A DNA stretch of 64,000 nt, from assembly GCF_006345805.1 (NCBI RefSeq), contig NC_043026.1, forward strand, positions 7,502,001 through 7,566,000, written 5' to 3'. Each line of letters starts with the position of its first letter. Within the stretch, counting starts at the first letter, position 1. This DNA comes from Octopus sinensis. Its lineage: Eukaryota. Shown here piece by piece: positions 24,829-39,276 of this stretch. Below the pieces are notes generated by a model. That model was not told the origin of the DNA. It saw only the letters and a list, made by a program, of their open reading frames with translations, and searched no databases. A program made the translations under genes and the position numbers.

Positions 24829-25744
24829 CATGTGTGTATATGTTTATATTTGTATGTATATATGTAGATAAGTATACATATATATATTTACATATATATT
24901 TGTATATATAAATGTGTGTTTGTGTGTGATGTGTGTGTGTGATGTGTAAACAAGGAATAGTGTTGTGGAGCAGTGTTTCATCCCAGTGACCATTCCATTG
25001 ACTGTAAACATCAGTGGAATGAGACATGCACAGCTGACCGAATGACCGATTGACCAGAACCAGGGCTGACCCTGAAATCAAACCTGTGCTTCATCATTGC
25101 AAGGAGAATGAACATTTGTCATATACATGCACTCATTAATGGACAGACAGACAGACAGACATATAGATAGATAGATAGATAGGAAGGTAGATAGATAGAT
25201 AGACAAAGCGATAGATGGATGGATGGATAGGTAGATAGATAGATAGATAGATAGACATAAACAAACTGATAAATAGATAAATAGATAGATAGATAGATAC
25301 ATACATACATGCATATATGTATGTATGTAGGAATGTATGATGTATGTATGTGTATATGTATGTATGTATGCATTAATACACATACATATATACACACACA
25401 TACATACATTTATACAAATTTTCTCAGACGTGGAAATGTTTTTCATGTAAGTCTGGACATAAACAACCCTGCATGTATGATGGGGATGCTTATTTACAGC
25501 TATCATGAGAAGTTAAGACAGGGGTACTCACCACACACACACACACACAAACACACACATACACATACATGCATGCATATGTCTACATACATGTATAGAG
25601 ACATGCACACACACCTCCCAGATCCACACACAAGGCTTTGGTTGGCCTCATAAGGCCATAGTAGAAGACACTCACTCAAGGTGCCACGCAATGAGATTGA
25701 ACCTGGCACCATGTGCCAGAGCATCCTCTTACATTTATGTCTGG

Positions 25745-26466
25745 ATTAAAAAAGGTATCTCATAATGAGTTAGCAGAGGTACCACATCATCATTTAAAAG
25801 AGGTACCTCATAATCAGCCTTGAGAGGTACCTCAATATTTAAAAGACGTATCTCATAACCTGTTAAGAGAGGTGCCTCATAATAAATTAACAGAGGTACC
25901 TCATAATAAGTTAAGGTATCACTTCATCATTTAAAAGAGGTACCTCATAATGAGTTAACAGAGGTACCACATCATCATTTAAAAGAAATACATCATAATC
26001 TGCTAAGAGAGGTACCGCATAATCAGTTACAGAGGTACCACATCATCATTTAAAAGGGGTACCTCATAATCAGCTAAGAGAGGTACCTCATAATTTGAAA
26101 GAAGTATCTCATAACCGGTTAAGAGAGGTGCCTCGTAATAAATTAACAGAGGTACCTCATAAGTTAAGGTACTACTTCATCATTTAAAAGGGGTACCTCA
26201 TAATCAGCTAAGAGAGGTACCACATAATTTAAAAGAAGTATCTCAGAACTGGTTAAGAGAGGTGCCTCGTAATAAATTAACAGAGGTACCTCATAAGTTA
26301 AGGTACTACTTCATCATTTAAAAGAGGTACTTCATAATCAGTTAAGATAGGTACTACATCATAATCAGTTAAGAGAGGTACCACATCATTTGAAAGAAGT
26401 ACCTCATAATAAGATAAAAGAGGTACCTCCTGATTGGTTAATCATTCGTTAAAAAGAGGTACCACA
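25745..26466. repeat. Complex minisatellite of about 22-bp GAGGTACC subunits with a higher-order period of about 134 bp
   Basis: Recurring agaggtacctcataat variants; the block starting ggggtacc recurs at 26056 and 26190. Confidence 0.9.
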
Positions 26467-27004
26467 TGACCAGATTCTGGCAAATTTGTGTGGCATGTGG
26501 ATAATAATGTTGGATCATTTAGAATGGAAATTGCTTGAGAGAGATTTTCATCAGGTTTTCTGCTGGTTGTCTGTTGGTGGGACCCTTCGCTGTCTGAGGA
26601 TCTCCACCTTTTTTACTAAGGAACAGAGAAAGATTAATACAGCAACCAAAAGAGGTACATCTGGAAATGCAGGAAACTGGGTGGCCAGAACTTGATATAA
26701 GCGTTCATATTAGCACTATTGCTATCATCATCGTTATCATCATCATCGTCATCATCATCATCGTTATCATCATCATTATTATCATCATCATCCTCCTTAC
26801 TATTATTGTTGTTATTCTTATTGTTTTGTTTGCTTACTCCAGTAGTAAGACATACAGAGGCATGTACATATACATACATACATATATTCATGCACACACA
26901 CACACGCAGGTATATATATATATACATACGTATATATGTATGTATGTATGAATGGTATGTATGTATGTATACATATATAGATATATATATATACATATAT
27001 ACAT

Positions 27005-27049
<45 letters not shown>

Positions 27050-27129
27050 TAAGTAGGTAGGTAAATATATAGATACATAAAAATACATGTATATAGATAT
27101 ACAAATGTATACACATGTATATATGTGTA

Positions 27130-27168
<39 letters not shown>

Positions 27169-27196
27169 TTGGCATTTATTTGTAGTTACGTATTTC

Positions 27197-27236
<40 letters not shown>

Positions 27237-27790
27237 CATAAATACAAATATATACACATACATATATATAAGCATGTATGTGTGTATATAAATATATGTA
27301 TGTATGTATGTATGTGTATATACACATACTCACATGACTGTGTGTAATCGCATTCTAAAGATTTTTCTCGTTAGGGTAGAAACAGCTTCCATGACGGAAG
27401 CTCACCAAAAATTGCAGATAAATTGGCAGGCGATAAGGTCACATGATCAACATCCAGCCATGCCCCCCACTCCTCTGCTTTTATTATCTAATTTGAGGCG
27501 ATTAAGATAAGCTAAACGACTATGGGGGAAGAGTGATAGTGTGTATAATGTGAGTACTATATATGTGCATGGAAGCGTGTACAGAAATGCACACACCACA
27601 TTCACATCCATATATACAAATGTATGTGTACATATGTATGTATATATATGTATGTGTATATATATATATACACTTACAAATATACATAATTACATATAAA
27701 CATATATATAATCATACATACATATATGTATACATATATATATATATATATATGTTAATATGTATGTACATATGTTATATATGTGTATAA

Positions 27791-27821
<31 letters not shown>

Positions 27822-27839
27822 CATATATAAATATATATA

Positions 27840-28233
27840 TATCAAGTCATCCCATAACATCTGTCCGATTGTACCTTTTTTAAAAATTGAATGAAATTTA
27901 ATAGTATTTTAGAATGTCTGATGGAATTAAAAATTATTTTTATGCATTTGTGTACATTTAAACTAATTAAGTATTATTTTACAAAATAATAGACTTAAAA
28001 TTTATTTGATTAAAACCCTTTCTAACATGGAAGTATGCCAAGAGCATTTGAGGCACATAATGCTTTATGAGTACAAAAAAGGAAACTCTGCAGCCGAAGC
28101 GACTCGAAACATAACACTCAGTTTATGGGAAAGAGTGCTTGGGTGAAAGAACTTGCAGAAGATGGTTTGCAAAATTCAGGAGTGGAAATTTCAGCCTTGA
28201 AGATGAAGATCGAACAGGACGTCCAGTTGAGTT
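27840..28233 (+). mobile_element. Mariner relic: 5' end and N-terminal HTH region, frameshifted
   Basis: From the ATG at 28027: MEVCQEHLRHIMLYEYKKGNSAAEATRNI, then a frameshift, then HSVYGKECLGERTCRRWFAKFRSGNFSLEDEDRTGRPVE (mariner WF.+F..G.F.L.D..R.GRP motif). Confidence 0.88.
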
Positions 28234-28639
28234 TATTTGTTCCTGCTTCAGTCCGCATGTCTTCTTGGCTTCCCGCATTTCCGCAGCCTCTGCATACGTC
28301 TTCATTTCATCTGCTTTCTTCATTCCGCCCAAAATAGCGGCTTCGCATCGGGTCGGGCCTCACTTTCCCAAAAACACAGAAGAGTGACAATCACCGGTGG
28401 TCAATGTGAAGTGTTTCCTAATGCAAATAAATATATCCTTTTTCTGGTGACGAAAAGTCACTGATCTCGAAAAAGTGTAAACAATCAATAATAAATCTCT
28501 GAACGAGGTATAAACAATAGCCGCATGACATCGTGAAGTATATTTGCCACTTAAATGTGGCTAACCCCTAAGGGTGGATGCTACTGTAGCTTGCAGCCCC
28601 AGGAAGACATCTCCTCTAGCTGGCTATATAAATATATAT

Positions 28640-28870
28640 ATTTCTTTACTACCCACAAGGGGCTAAACACAGAGGGGACAAACAAGGACAGACAAACGGA
28701 TTAAGTCGATTACATCGACCCCAGTGTGTAACTGGTACTTAATTTATCGACCCCGAAAGGATGAAAGGTAAAGTCGACCTCGGCGGAATTTGAACTCGGA
28801 ATGTAACGACAGATGAAATACGGCTACGCATTTCGCCCGGCGCGCTAACGTTTCTACCAGCTCTCCGCCT
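28640..28870 (-). mobile_element. tRNA-derived SINE family D with Nin/Deu-like domain, representative copy
   Basis: Minus strand has gagttcaaattccgccgaggtcgactttacctttcatcctttcggggtcgataaattaagtaccag. Copies: 12921-13138+, 13155-13350+, 31603-31765-, 41335-41545-, 44597-44873-, 44985-45135-, 45590-45940+, 60370-60795-, 63245-63410+. Confidence 0.85.
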
Positions 28871-29410
28871 ATATATAGATTAGTGATACAAGGCACTAAT
28901 ATTCACTGGAAATAGCAGTCGATACAATTACAACACTATAACAAAGTAATACATTTGTATTGCATTATTTTATTTTTCATTGAAAACTTTTTCACTGTTC
29001 TCGTTCTGTTAACGGCTAGGCATTCAGGTGAGTATACTGGCATTGATGTGGTAGCTTATGAAATATTGGCTAGGTATATGCAGCTGATGAAGACTGATCA
29101 AATTTACGTTGACAAATGTATTTGAAGAGTGTGAAACCTAGGTACTGCATTATCCGATTCTGGGTTGTCCATTTATCGAATGTTCTTCATAGAGGCAAGA
29201 CAAATTTTTCATGTTTGTTGCACTCACACGTCTTTGCCAGTATATACACACTGAAGCTTTATTATAGCACTGTAAATGTATCGACTGCTATTTCCAGGGA
29301 ATATTGGTGCCTTGTTGTATCACTAATCTATATTTATATTTATACTTCTATCTTTACGCTGCTTTATTTTACAGGAAACTAATACATTTGTATTGCAATA
29401 TTTTATTTAT
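28871..29410. mobile_element. Penelope-like non-autonomous element: inverted repeats plus a short direct repeat around a hammerhead motif
   Basis: Inverted repeat about 28871-28946 / 29259-29333; direct repeat aatacatttgtattgca at about 28948 and 29381; hammerhead at 29078-29150. Confidence 0.55.
29078..29150 (+). ncRNA. Type I hammerhead ribozyme motif
   Basis: atgcag-CTGATGA-agact..tcaaat...atttga..agtgt-GAAAC-ctag-GTA-ctgcat. 6-bp stem I, palindromic stem III acctaggt. Predicted cleavage after 29144. Confidence 0.75.
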
Positions 29411-29580
29411 ATATATATATCTGTATATATGTATATATATATATATATGTATATATATATCTGTAAAAAAAATCAAAATCATGTATATATATATGTATAT
29501 ATATATGTATATATATATGTATATGTATATAATTGTATATGTATAATATATATTATATATGTTATATATTATATATAATA

Positions 29581-29612
<32 letters not shown>

Positions 29613-29996
29613 CTGTATATATATATATATGACTCCTTACATAAGCCAGAGCTGCAGTGCTTCCAGATCTCTCATAAAAATCAAAGATTTATTTTATAAT
29701 CACATTGTTATTTGTATGCATTTATATAGCTTAAGTTTCCATTACATACATGCATGTATGTGTGTGTGTTGTGTGTGGTGTGTGTGTGTGTGTGTGCATA
29801 TATATATATATATACATATATAATATATATATATGTATATATATATATATTATATATGTATATATATATTTATTATATATGTATATTATATAAATACATA
29901 CATATACCTTATATACTATCCATCTATCTTTCGATATTTCTCTAAGTATGTGTGTATTTATATATATATGTGTACACACACACACACACACACACA

Positions 29997-30027
<31 letters not shown>

Positions 30028-30796
30028 ATCTATATTTAATATATATATATATATATATTTCAAATAAGTCATCATTATGTATAAAAATAATGATAAAATG
30101 GCCAGCAATCCTATTTGCAACTCACGAAAGGTATTTTACAAGCAGGAGGATTGTTTTGGTGAAATATCTTTGTTATATTCTTCGTGCATGTTTGCATATA
30201 GTGAGGGATGCTTGATTTTGGAGGGTTTTAACTCCTCTTTCAAGCAAACAGGTACATATTGTACCCTGACCTTTTCTTTTATATATTTCGTATATTTGGA
30301 TCATGTTTGTTGGCCATCTTATCATTATTTTTTTTAAGATAATGGTAACTTATTTGAATTTTATATATGTATATATATTCTTTTACTCTTTTACTTGTTT
30401 CAGTCATTTGACTGCGGCTATGCTTGAGCACCACCTTCATTCAAGCAAATCAATCCCAGAACTTATTCTTTGTAAGCCTAGTACTTATTCTGTCAGCCTC
30501 TTTTGCTGAACCACTAAGTTATGGGGATGTAAACACACCAGCATCGGTTGTCAAGTGATTGTGTGGGGGGACAACTAGACACACAAACACACATATATAT
30601 ACATACAACACACACTCACACACACACACACATATATATACATATACAATGGGCTTCTTTCAGTTTCTGTCTATCAAATCTACTGACAAGTCTTTGGTTG
30701 GCCCAGGGCTATAGTAGAAGATATTTGCTCAAGGTGCCACGCAGCAGGACTGAACCCAGAAGCAAGCTTCTTACGGCACAGCCACTCCTGCACCTG

Positions 30797-30830
<34 letters not shown>

Positions 30831-32254
30831 GTGTGTGTGTGTGTTGTGTATATATATGTATATATATATATATATATATCTGTGTGTGTGTGTGTGTAAA
30901 TATATATATGTGTATATATACATATATGTGTATATATATATGTATATATATATATACATATGTATATGTATATATATACATACTTATATACATACTGTAA
31001 GCAACGGGATGGTCACAGCTAGAACATCTTTGAACATAGGCCTATTTGGATCAGGACTGACCTGGGGCTAAACAATAACTAGAAGAAAGGACATGTTAGA
31101 TAATGTAGTCGTAGATATACTTATGTCTGAATGAAAGATGGGATGGTCATGGCTGGAACATCTTTGATCATAACTCTGCTGGATCAGGACTAACCAGGGA
31201 CTAAACAACCATACTAACCACGCACGCACACACACACAGAACTGCCTGAGTGGTCAGTAAGACAACTCCATAGCCAGCTGTACTTATGGACAATATGGTT
31301 GTCACTCGTTGTAGTAGTAGCAGCCCTTTAACAGAACTGGCTGCAAAGGTAGTGAAGGTGGTAACAGTGTGAGGAGTAAATATGTGTGTGTGTGTGTGTG
31401 TGTGTGCAGGGGGGGGGTTATAGTGGGAGGAGGAGATCAAACAAATGGTTGCCACGCCCCCATACTGCATGTCCCTTCCAGTCTTCCCTTGTGTTGATGA
31501 TGATGATGATGATCACCAGTAGCAGTAAGTAGCCCCACCATTAATACCACCACCACCACCACCATCATCACCATCATCATCATCATCATGACTACCTTCA
31601 CTATTTCTTTACTACCCACAAGAGGCTAAACACAGAGAGGTCTAACAAGGACAAACAGATTGAGTCAATTATATCGACCCCAGTGCATAACTGGTACTTA
31701 TTTTTAATCGACCCCGAAAGGATAAAAGGCAAAGTCGACCTCGGCAGAATTTGAACTCAGAACGTAACCTCAAGGTTTAACATAATCTGTGAAGCTACAT
31801 AAGTGAATCAAGGTCCTAGAGTTTCGTTTATGATACCTACATATATATGTGTCTGTGTGTCTTGTTGGCCTCCCACCACTGCTGGACAACTGGTGTTGGT
31901 CCGTTTACATCCCTGTAATTTAGTATTTTGGCAAAAGTGGCCAATCGAATAAGTACCAGGCTTTAAAAACAAAAGTGTACTAGGGTCAGTTTATGGGATT
32001 AAAATTCTGCAATGTGGTGCCCCAGCATGGCCACAGTTTAATGACTAACACAAGTAAAAGATATGTATCTATATTTCCATTCTGATATCATTTCTATTCT
32101 TTTATATGATTCCATAAGTACATTCTTTGTATTAAATGTATTTTAGCACAGGAGTGGCTGTGTGGTAAGTAGCTTGCTTCCCAACCACATGGTTCTGGGT
32201 TCAGTCCCACTGCATGGCACCTTGGGCAAGTGTCTTCTACTATAGCCTTGTCTT

Positions 32255-33261
32255 ATTGTTCCAATAAGACAATGCCTGACCACGTGTCTTTGGCTACCGG
32301 AACAAAGTTACATGAACTTGGCTAGAATCTCTCACCCCATCCACCATGTTCTCCTGATATTGTACCATCCGACTACAACTTGTTCTTGTCTCTACAGAAC
32401 TCATTGCGAAGAAAAACATTTTATGATTTAGATGGAGTCAAAATGCATTTAGATAACTTTTTTCTTCAAAACTGGTCAAATTTTATGCTGATGGAATATT
32501 TAAATTGCTTGATGGATGGACAAAGGCCATTAATAATCTTCATCATCATTTAACGTCCGTTTTCCGCGCTAGCACGGGTTGGACAGTTCGACCGGGGTCT
32601 ACGAAGCCAGGAGGCTGCACCAGGCTCCAGTCTGATCTGGCAGTGTTTCTACAGCTGGATGCCCTTCCTAATGCCAACCACTCCATGAGTGTGGTGGGTG
32701 CTTTTTACGTGCCGGCACAGGCGCCAGGCGAGGCTGGCAACAACCACGATCGGTTGGCACTTTTTTCGTCCCACTGGCACGGAAAACAGTCAAGGCGGCG
32801 CTGGCAACGGCCACGTTCGGATGGTTCTTTTTATGTGCCACCATCACAGGTATCACAACTACAATTTCCATTTGATTTTTTGATGTTGATGTACTTGACT
32901 CAATAGGTCTCCTCAAGCACAGTAAGTGTTTATATATATCATCATCATCATCGTTTAACATCTGCTTTCCATGCTAGCCTGGGTTGGACGTTTTGACTGA
33001 GGACTGGCGAGCCAGAAGGCTGCACCAGGCTCCAATCTTGATCTGGCAGTATTTCTACAGTTGGATGCCCTTCCTAATGCCAACCACTCCGTGAGTGTAG
33101 TGGGTGCAATTTACGTGCCACCAGCACGAGGGCCAGTATGGCGGTACTGGCCACGGCCATGCTCGAAATGGTGTTAATGATAAAATTTATTGAAAGGTCA
33201 ATTATTTATATCCGTTTTTGCTTATTAAAAAAAAACTCAGAACTTTCCAGACAACCTAATA
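32255..33261 (+). mobile_element. Mariner relic: catalytic C-terminus and 3' ITR, interrupted by RTE 3' ends at about 32540-33175
   Basis: Degenerate ...DNA...PHPPCSPDIVPSDYNLFLSLQN...FYADGIFKL..W (YSPDLAPSDY motif) with stops; mariner-like end gaactttccagacaacctaata near 33240-33261. Confidence 0.85.
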
Positions 33262-34169
33262 CTTTGCAGTAGATTATAGTTGCATAATGAAATACCATGT
33301 CCCTACAAGTTACTCTCTTTTACTCTTTACTTGTTTCAGTCATTTGACTGCGACCATGCTGGAGCACCGCCTTTAGTCGAGCAAATCGACCCCGGGACTT
33401 ATTCTTTGTAAGCCCAGTACTTATTTCATCGGTCTCTTTTGCCGACCGCTAAGTTATGGGGACATAAACACACCAGCATCGGTTGTCAAGCAATGCTAGG
33501 GGGACAAACACAGACACACAAACACACATACATATATATGTACATATATACGACGGGCTTCTTTCAGTTTCCATCTACCAAATCCACTCACAAGGCTTTG
33601 GTCGGCCCGAGGCTATAGCAGAAGACACTTGCCCAAGGTGCCACGCAGTGGGACTGAACCCGGAACCATGTGGTTGGTAAAGTCCCTGTCAATAATAACC
33701 TTGTTTAAGATTAATATCTTTGTATAATAAATATAGATGTGTATAATAAATATATATTTTTCAAGAATCGGTCTGATTAATCATGGCACCAGCACCAAGT
33801 CTGGCTCTGCTCAACTCTCAATGAATTTGTTACTCTATACATGAGTCTAGAGTAAGCCATCGGATTAATGCAAAAATGGGATTTGTTGTAATGAAATGTT
33901 AAGAAAAAACATTAATATCTATCAGCCTAACTACCCCACCCCTCCGTCCCTTCCTCTCTCTATCTATATATATATATATACACACATGCACACAACACAT
34001 ACATACATAAATACATATATATATATATATTATATAATATATATATATATAATATATATATATATAATACACACATATATATATATATATATAATATATA
34101 TATATATATATACATACACATGCATATGTACATCTATCTACAAATATATCGATACATACCTATATACGA

Positions 34170-34201
<32 letters not shown>

Positions 34202-34331
34202 CATATAAAATAAACATACACACACTCGTATATATAAGTATATACATATATATATAGATACATACATATATACAAACACACAATCATATATACTCTGTCT
34301 ATAAATATATACATACATATGTGTGTGTGTC

Positions 34332-34378
<47 letters not shown>

Positions 34379-34785
34379 GGTTACATATACATAAACATGA
34401 TTACACACACATATATGTGTAAATAGCTTCATATATACATATATATATATACATATATATATATGTACCTATGCCTATGTGATACATACTGCAAATCTGT
34501 TTAGTTTCCAACAATTATTTTTTCCTCAAATATCATTTTTTCTCCTCCGCCAGCTGTTTCTTCTTGGTGCTTCGTGGTGGAATGGTAAACATTGCTAATG
34601 TTTACGCACCCCCCCCCACACACACATACAGGTGTGTGCGTGTGTTTCTATGCATCTATATCTGTATATCTACATATATACTTGCGTGAGTGTGTGTATA
34701 TGTACTTTAATATATATATATATAGATAGATATAGATATAGATGTATATATATATATATATCATCATCATCATCCTCTAACGTTT

Positions 34786-34828
<43 letters not shown>

Positions 34829-35484
34829 TATATATATATACACATATATATATACAGACATATATCTATACATATATTATATAAAATATATATAATAAAA
34901 TATATATATATACACATAATATATATACACACATATATATATACATATATATATATAAATATATATATTTGGCCTGGTGCAGCCTTCGGCGTCCCCAGAC
35001 TCCAGTTGAACGTCCAACCCATGCTAGCATGGAAGCGGACGTAAATGAGGATGATGATAATGAGATGATATATCCTATTATATATATATCTATACACACA
35101 TATATATATACATATATATATATGTACACACATATATATATCTGACTTTATACACAAAAAATAATTAGTATAAATGTGTGTGTGGGTGTACCTATAATTA
35201 TAAATATGTTACTTCTCCGTTGCCCTGAAACTAAACAAACAAAACATTTTTGCTTGTTTTCTTATACATGCTTACATATAATATATATTATTATATATAT
35301 ATATATATTCTTTGTAATAACAGTGTAGCACAAAACGGCGGCACTCAGCATGGCCGCAGCTCTGAGCTGAAAACTAGAAAAAATATATAAAAACTTACCA
35401 GGAAGAGGATGCATGATATCCAATCATATGATAACATATATATATGCCATATACATTCATATATGCACATATTTGCATCTCTAC

Positions 35485-35535
<51 letters not shown>

Positions 35536-35636
35536 TAATCCAAACAAGAAAACACAAAAAAAGAAAACACAGCAACGCGAGGACGGGGAACAAATAAAGT
35601 ATTATTGGACGCTCAGGAAAGAAGGGAAGAAGGAGG

Positions 35637-35671
35637 GTTTAACGTTTCGAGCGGAGCTCTTCGTCGGAAAC
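35637..35671 (-). ncRNA. Minimal hammerhead-like motif with CCGACGA core (other copies 46352-46386 and 24584-24618)
   Basis: Minus strand reads gttt-CCGACGA-a-gagc-tcc-gctc-GAAAC-GTT-aaac, inside a dispersed repeat of about 200 bp (24493-24700, 35533-35742, 46262-46462). Confidence 0.5.
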
Positions 35672-36519
35672 ATAGGAGAAGGAAAGATCCTGAGAAAGGA
35701 AGACAGGAGAAAAAAATCGCTAGTGATACAGACGAGGTCACATGCATATGTGGGCAGAGGACATCATGAAACTTGTACAACAAAAATATACGAAGTATGA
35801 GTAAATGGAATATAAACTAATTTTTTCAAACAACGAAAGACAAAACAAACAACATAAAGAATGACCCTTCATCAGTTGTTGGCTATTTTTTCTACAATAT
35901 ATACATATACATACATACATACATACATATATATATAATAATAGTAATAAAAACACCCACTTACACTCTCGGAGTGGTTGGCATTAGGAAGGGCATCCAG
36001 CTGTAGAGACACTGCCAGATCAGATTGGGGCTTGGTGCAGCCTCCTGGCTTCCCAGACCCCGGTCGAACCGGCCAACCCATGCCAGCATGGAAAACAGAG
36101 GCTATAGTACAAGACACTTGCCCAAGGTGCCAGGCAGTGGGACTGAACCCAGAACCATGTAGTTGGGAAGCAAGCTTCTTACCACACAGCCATGCCTGTG
36201 CCTGCACCTATATCATCATCATCATCATTGTTAACATCCATTTTCCATGCTGGCATGGGTTGGATGGTTTGACTGAGGACTGGCGAACCAGATGGCTGCA
36301 TCTGATCTGGCAAGGTTTCTACAGCTTGATGCCCTTCCTAATGCCAACCACTCAGAGCGTGTAGTGGGTGCTTTTTATATGCCACTGGCATGGGAGCCAT
36401 TCTGGGGGCACTGGCATTGGCTATGTTTGGATGGTGCCACTCAGGGGGTTAAATTATATGAATATTGAAGGGCAAATTGTATTGTATTAGAACTGGAATA
36501 CAGCATTGTAGTGAAAGAT

Positions 36520-36760
36520 GGGCCTCAACTGGAAGGCTTGAGAAGACCTGGACAAAAATGCAACAAATATGCACCATTGCATGTTGCAATGTAAGTGTGC
36601 ATGAGTGATGTAATATAAATGTGCTGAGAGAAAAACCAACTGGGCAAAAGAGGAATCAGATGTGGTTTACAAGAAAGATGGCTCCGCTTGCACGGATGTA
36701 TGATGAGTATGGATGAGGGCAGCTGTTTAAAGAAGTGCTGATCACTGAAAGTAAACATAC
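36520..36760 (+). mobile_element. RTE LINE ORF fragment (decayed)
   Basis: aagaggaatcagatgtggtttacaagaaagatggctccgc...atggatgagggcagctgt is homologous to 3358-3440. Confidence 0.7.
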
Positions 36761-36866
36761 ACAGCCATACGTGCACTTTTGTGTGTTGAGGGTGTGTATA
36801 AACGTTACATCGTACCAACACATTATTGTTGCAGCTACATTAGATATACATACACACACACACACA

Positions 36867-36940
<74 letters not shown>

Positions 36941-37177
36941 AAATGAGGGCAGAAGAAAAACTTTTTTCTTCTGCCCTCATTTTGTAAATTATTTATAAAT
37001 TTAACCTTTAGAGGTATTTTTGGATATGCTGGCCATTGATAAAATTTTTTTCCCGAAAAAAATTTTATCCTACATTAGTTATATATATATATATATGTGT
37101 GTGTTTTCTTGTTTGGATTAACTTTATATATATATATATATACAGAGAGAGATAGAGAGAGACATATACATACATAT

Positions 37178-37220
<43 letters not shown>

Positions 37221-37556
37221 AAACATATTTATGTATATGCAGGTGTGTTTAAATAAACATGCACTCATGAATGAGGTCCTACAGATGCTTTCGTCTGCAT
37301 ATTTGTGCTTCTAAATCCGTACATCATCTTCAAACAGAAGCTGGCAAGTCATGAGGACTCTACCAAGTCCTACTGTCTGCTTCAGTTTGACTTCTGTGGC
37401 TGCATGGGCCTTCCTAGAGCCAACCACTTTACAGGGTGTGAACTGGTTGCTTTTTATGTGGGACCGGCACCAATGGGGTCACCACGTAACTTGCAAGTCA
37501 AGACCCTTCAACAGAGAAGGGAGCAGTTTGTGCCAAGTGATGTTAGATTACAGAAT

Positions 37557-37558
<2 letters not shown>

Positions 37559-37651
<93 letters not shown>
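37559..37651. repeat. Pure (AG)n microsatellite
   Basis: Uninterrupted ag repeats for about 90 bp. Confidence 0.97.
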
Positions 37652-37653
<2 letters not shown>

Positions 37654-38847
37654 ATGTAGAAGCACGCAGCACATTCCATAAAGTGGTTGGCCTTAGGAAA
37701 GGGCATCCAGCTGTATAAACCCTGCCAAATCAGAACAGAGCCTGAGTCAGCTCTCCAGCTTGCCAGCCCTGGTCAAACTGTCCCATCCAGTAGACCCTTG
37801 GCATTATGTTGTGCTTGTGAAGAAGACCCATCAAGCCCAGCAAATTCTCAGTTATGACAGATATTGATGTCACACAAAAGCACCCATTACACTCTCGGAA
37901 TGGTTGGAAGGGCACCCAGCCATAGAAAACTATACCAAATCAGACTGGCGTCTAGTGCAACCTTCCTGCTTGCCAGCCCTGGTCAAACCATCCAACCCAT
38001 ACAAGCACGGACAATGGACATTCAATAATCATGATGATGATTTTGATTTAATTATATATATATATGTATATATGCAAATGTGTGTGTGTGTGTATATATA
38101 TATATATGTGTGTATACTCAGTGCACAGCATATACACACTTGCTGTTAGAAAACATGATGATGTCACTAGCATGTGCACAAACAACCACACATAAACACT
38201 TAGTCAGCTGTGTACACACACACACACATATATAAATATATGTATATATATTTATATATATATATACATATATATATAAATATTTTTATATATATGTATG
38301 TATACATATATATAATATACATATATGTATTAATATGTACATATATATATACATACATATATATATATATATATATCTTTATATGATGCAAACTCATTCA
38401 GTGAGTGGGTTGTTCACTTCCTCAAAAAATGAGAGCACACATTGTTGAGACTGAGTGACATCAGTCCATAGGGTGTCGTGTGTGTCTAATGTAGTCGCTG
38501 GTCAGTGCTGATCAAGGTCAATCAAAGATGTTCTGCCTATGACCATCCCATCTTTTATACAGGCATAGTGTATCTAGGACTACATTATCTAATGTATTCC
38601 TCTTGTATGTTGTTGTTTAGCCCCTGGTTTTTCCTGATGCAGCAGATCTATGATCAAAGATGCTCCAGCTGAGACCATCCCAACTTTCATTCAGGCATGG
38701 TGTATCTAGGACTACATTATCTAATGTGTCCTTCCTTGTTTTTAGGCATTGTTGTTTAGCCCTAGGTCAGTGCTGACCTAGATTTGACCATCTTTTATTC
38801 AGCCACTTTGCCTCCGTAGGGGAAGAATGAGGTAGGTGGTGGGTGAA

Positions 38848-38878
<31 letters not shown>

Positions 38879-39276
38879 CCCTCTCTCTTTCTCCCTGTCT
38901 CTCTCTATCTCTTTCTGTCTCTCTCTCCCTTTGTCTTTCTGTCTCTTTCTGCCCCCACCCCCCCTCTCTCACACACACAGAATCCCTAATCTAACGAGTT
39001 ACATTGCGTCGTATGTCCCAGTGTCTCCTTGAGTGAGGGTTGTGTTATAGATTGATCTCATGTCCCACTCTGGCCAGCCACACATGGTCACTGCTTGGCC
39101 ACAGGACCAAAGATGTAGTACAATGATCAGTTGCAGGCCCTTTTGTTGAGAAGTGACATAAACCCTTCCAAACAGAAAGAAGAGGAGGCCAAACTTGTCG
39201 AGTAAAGACCATGCTACAGCAACATGTAATAAGTTACTCTTCCAACCAGGCATCACTCAACCAAGTCCTACATGTT

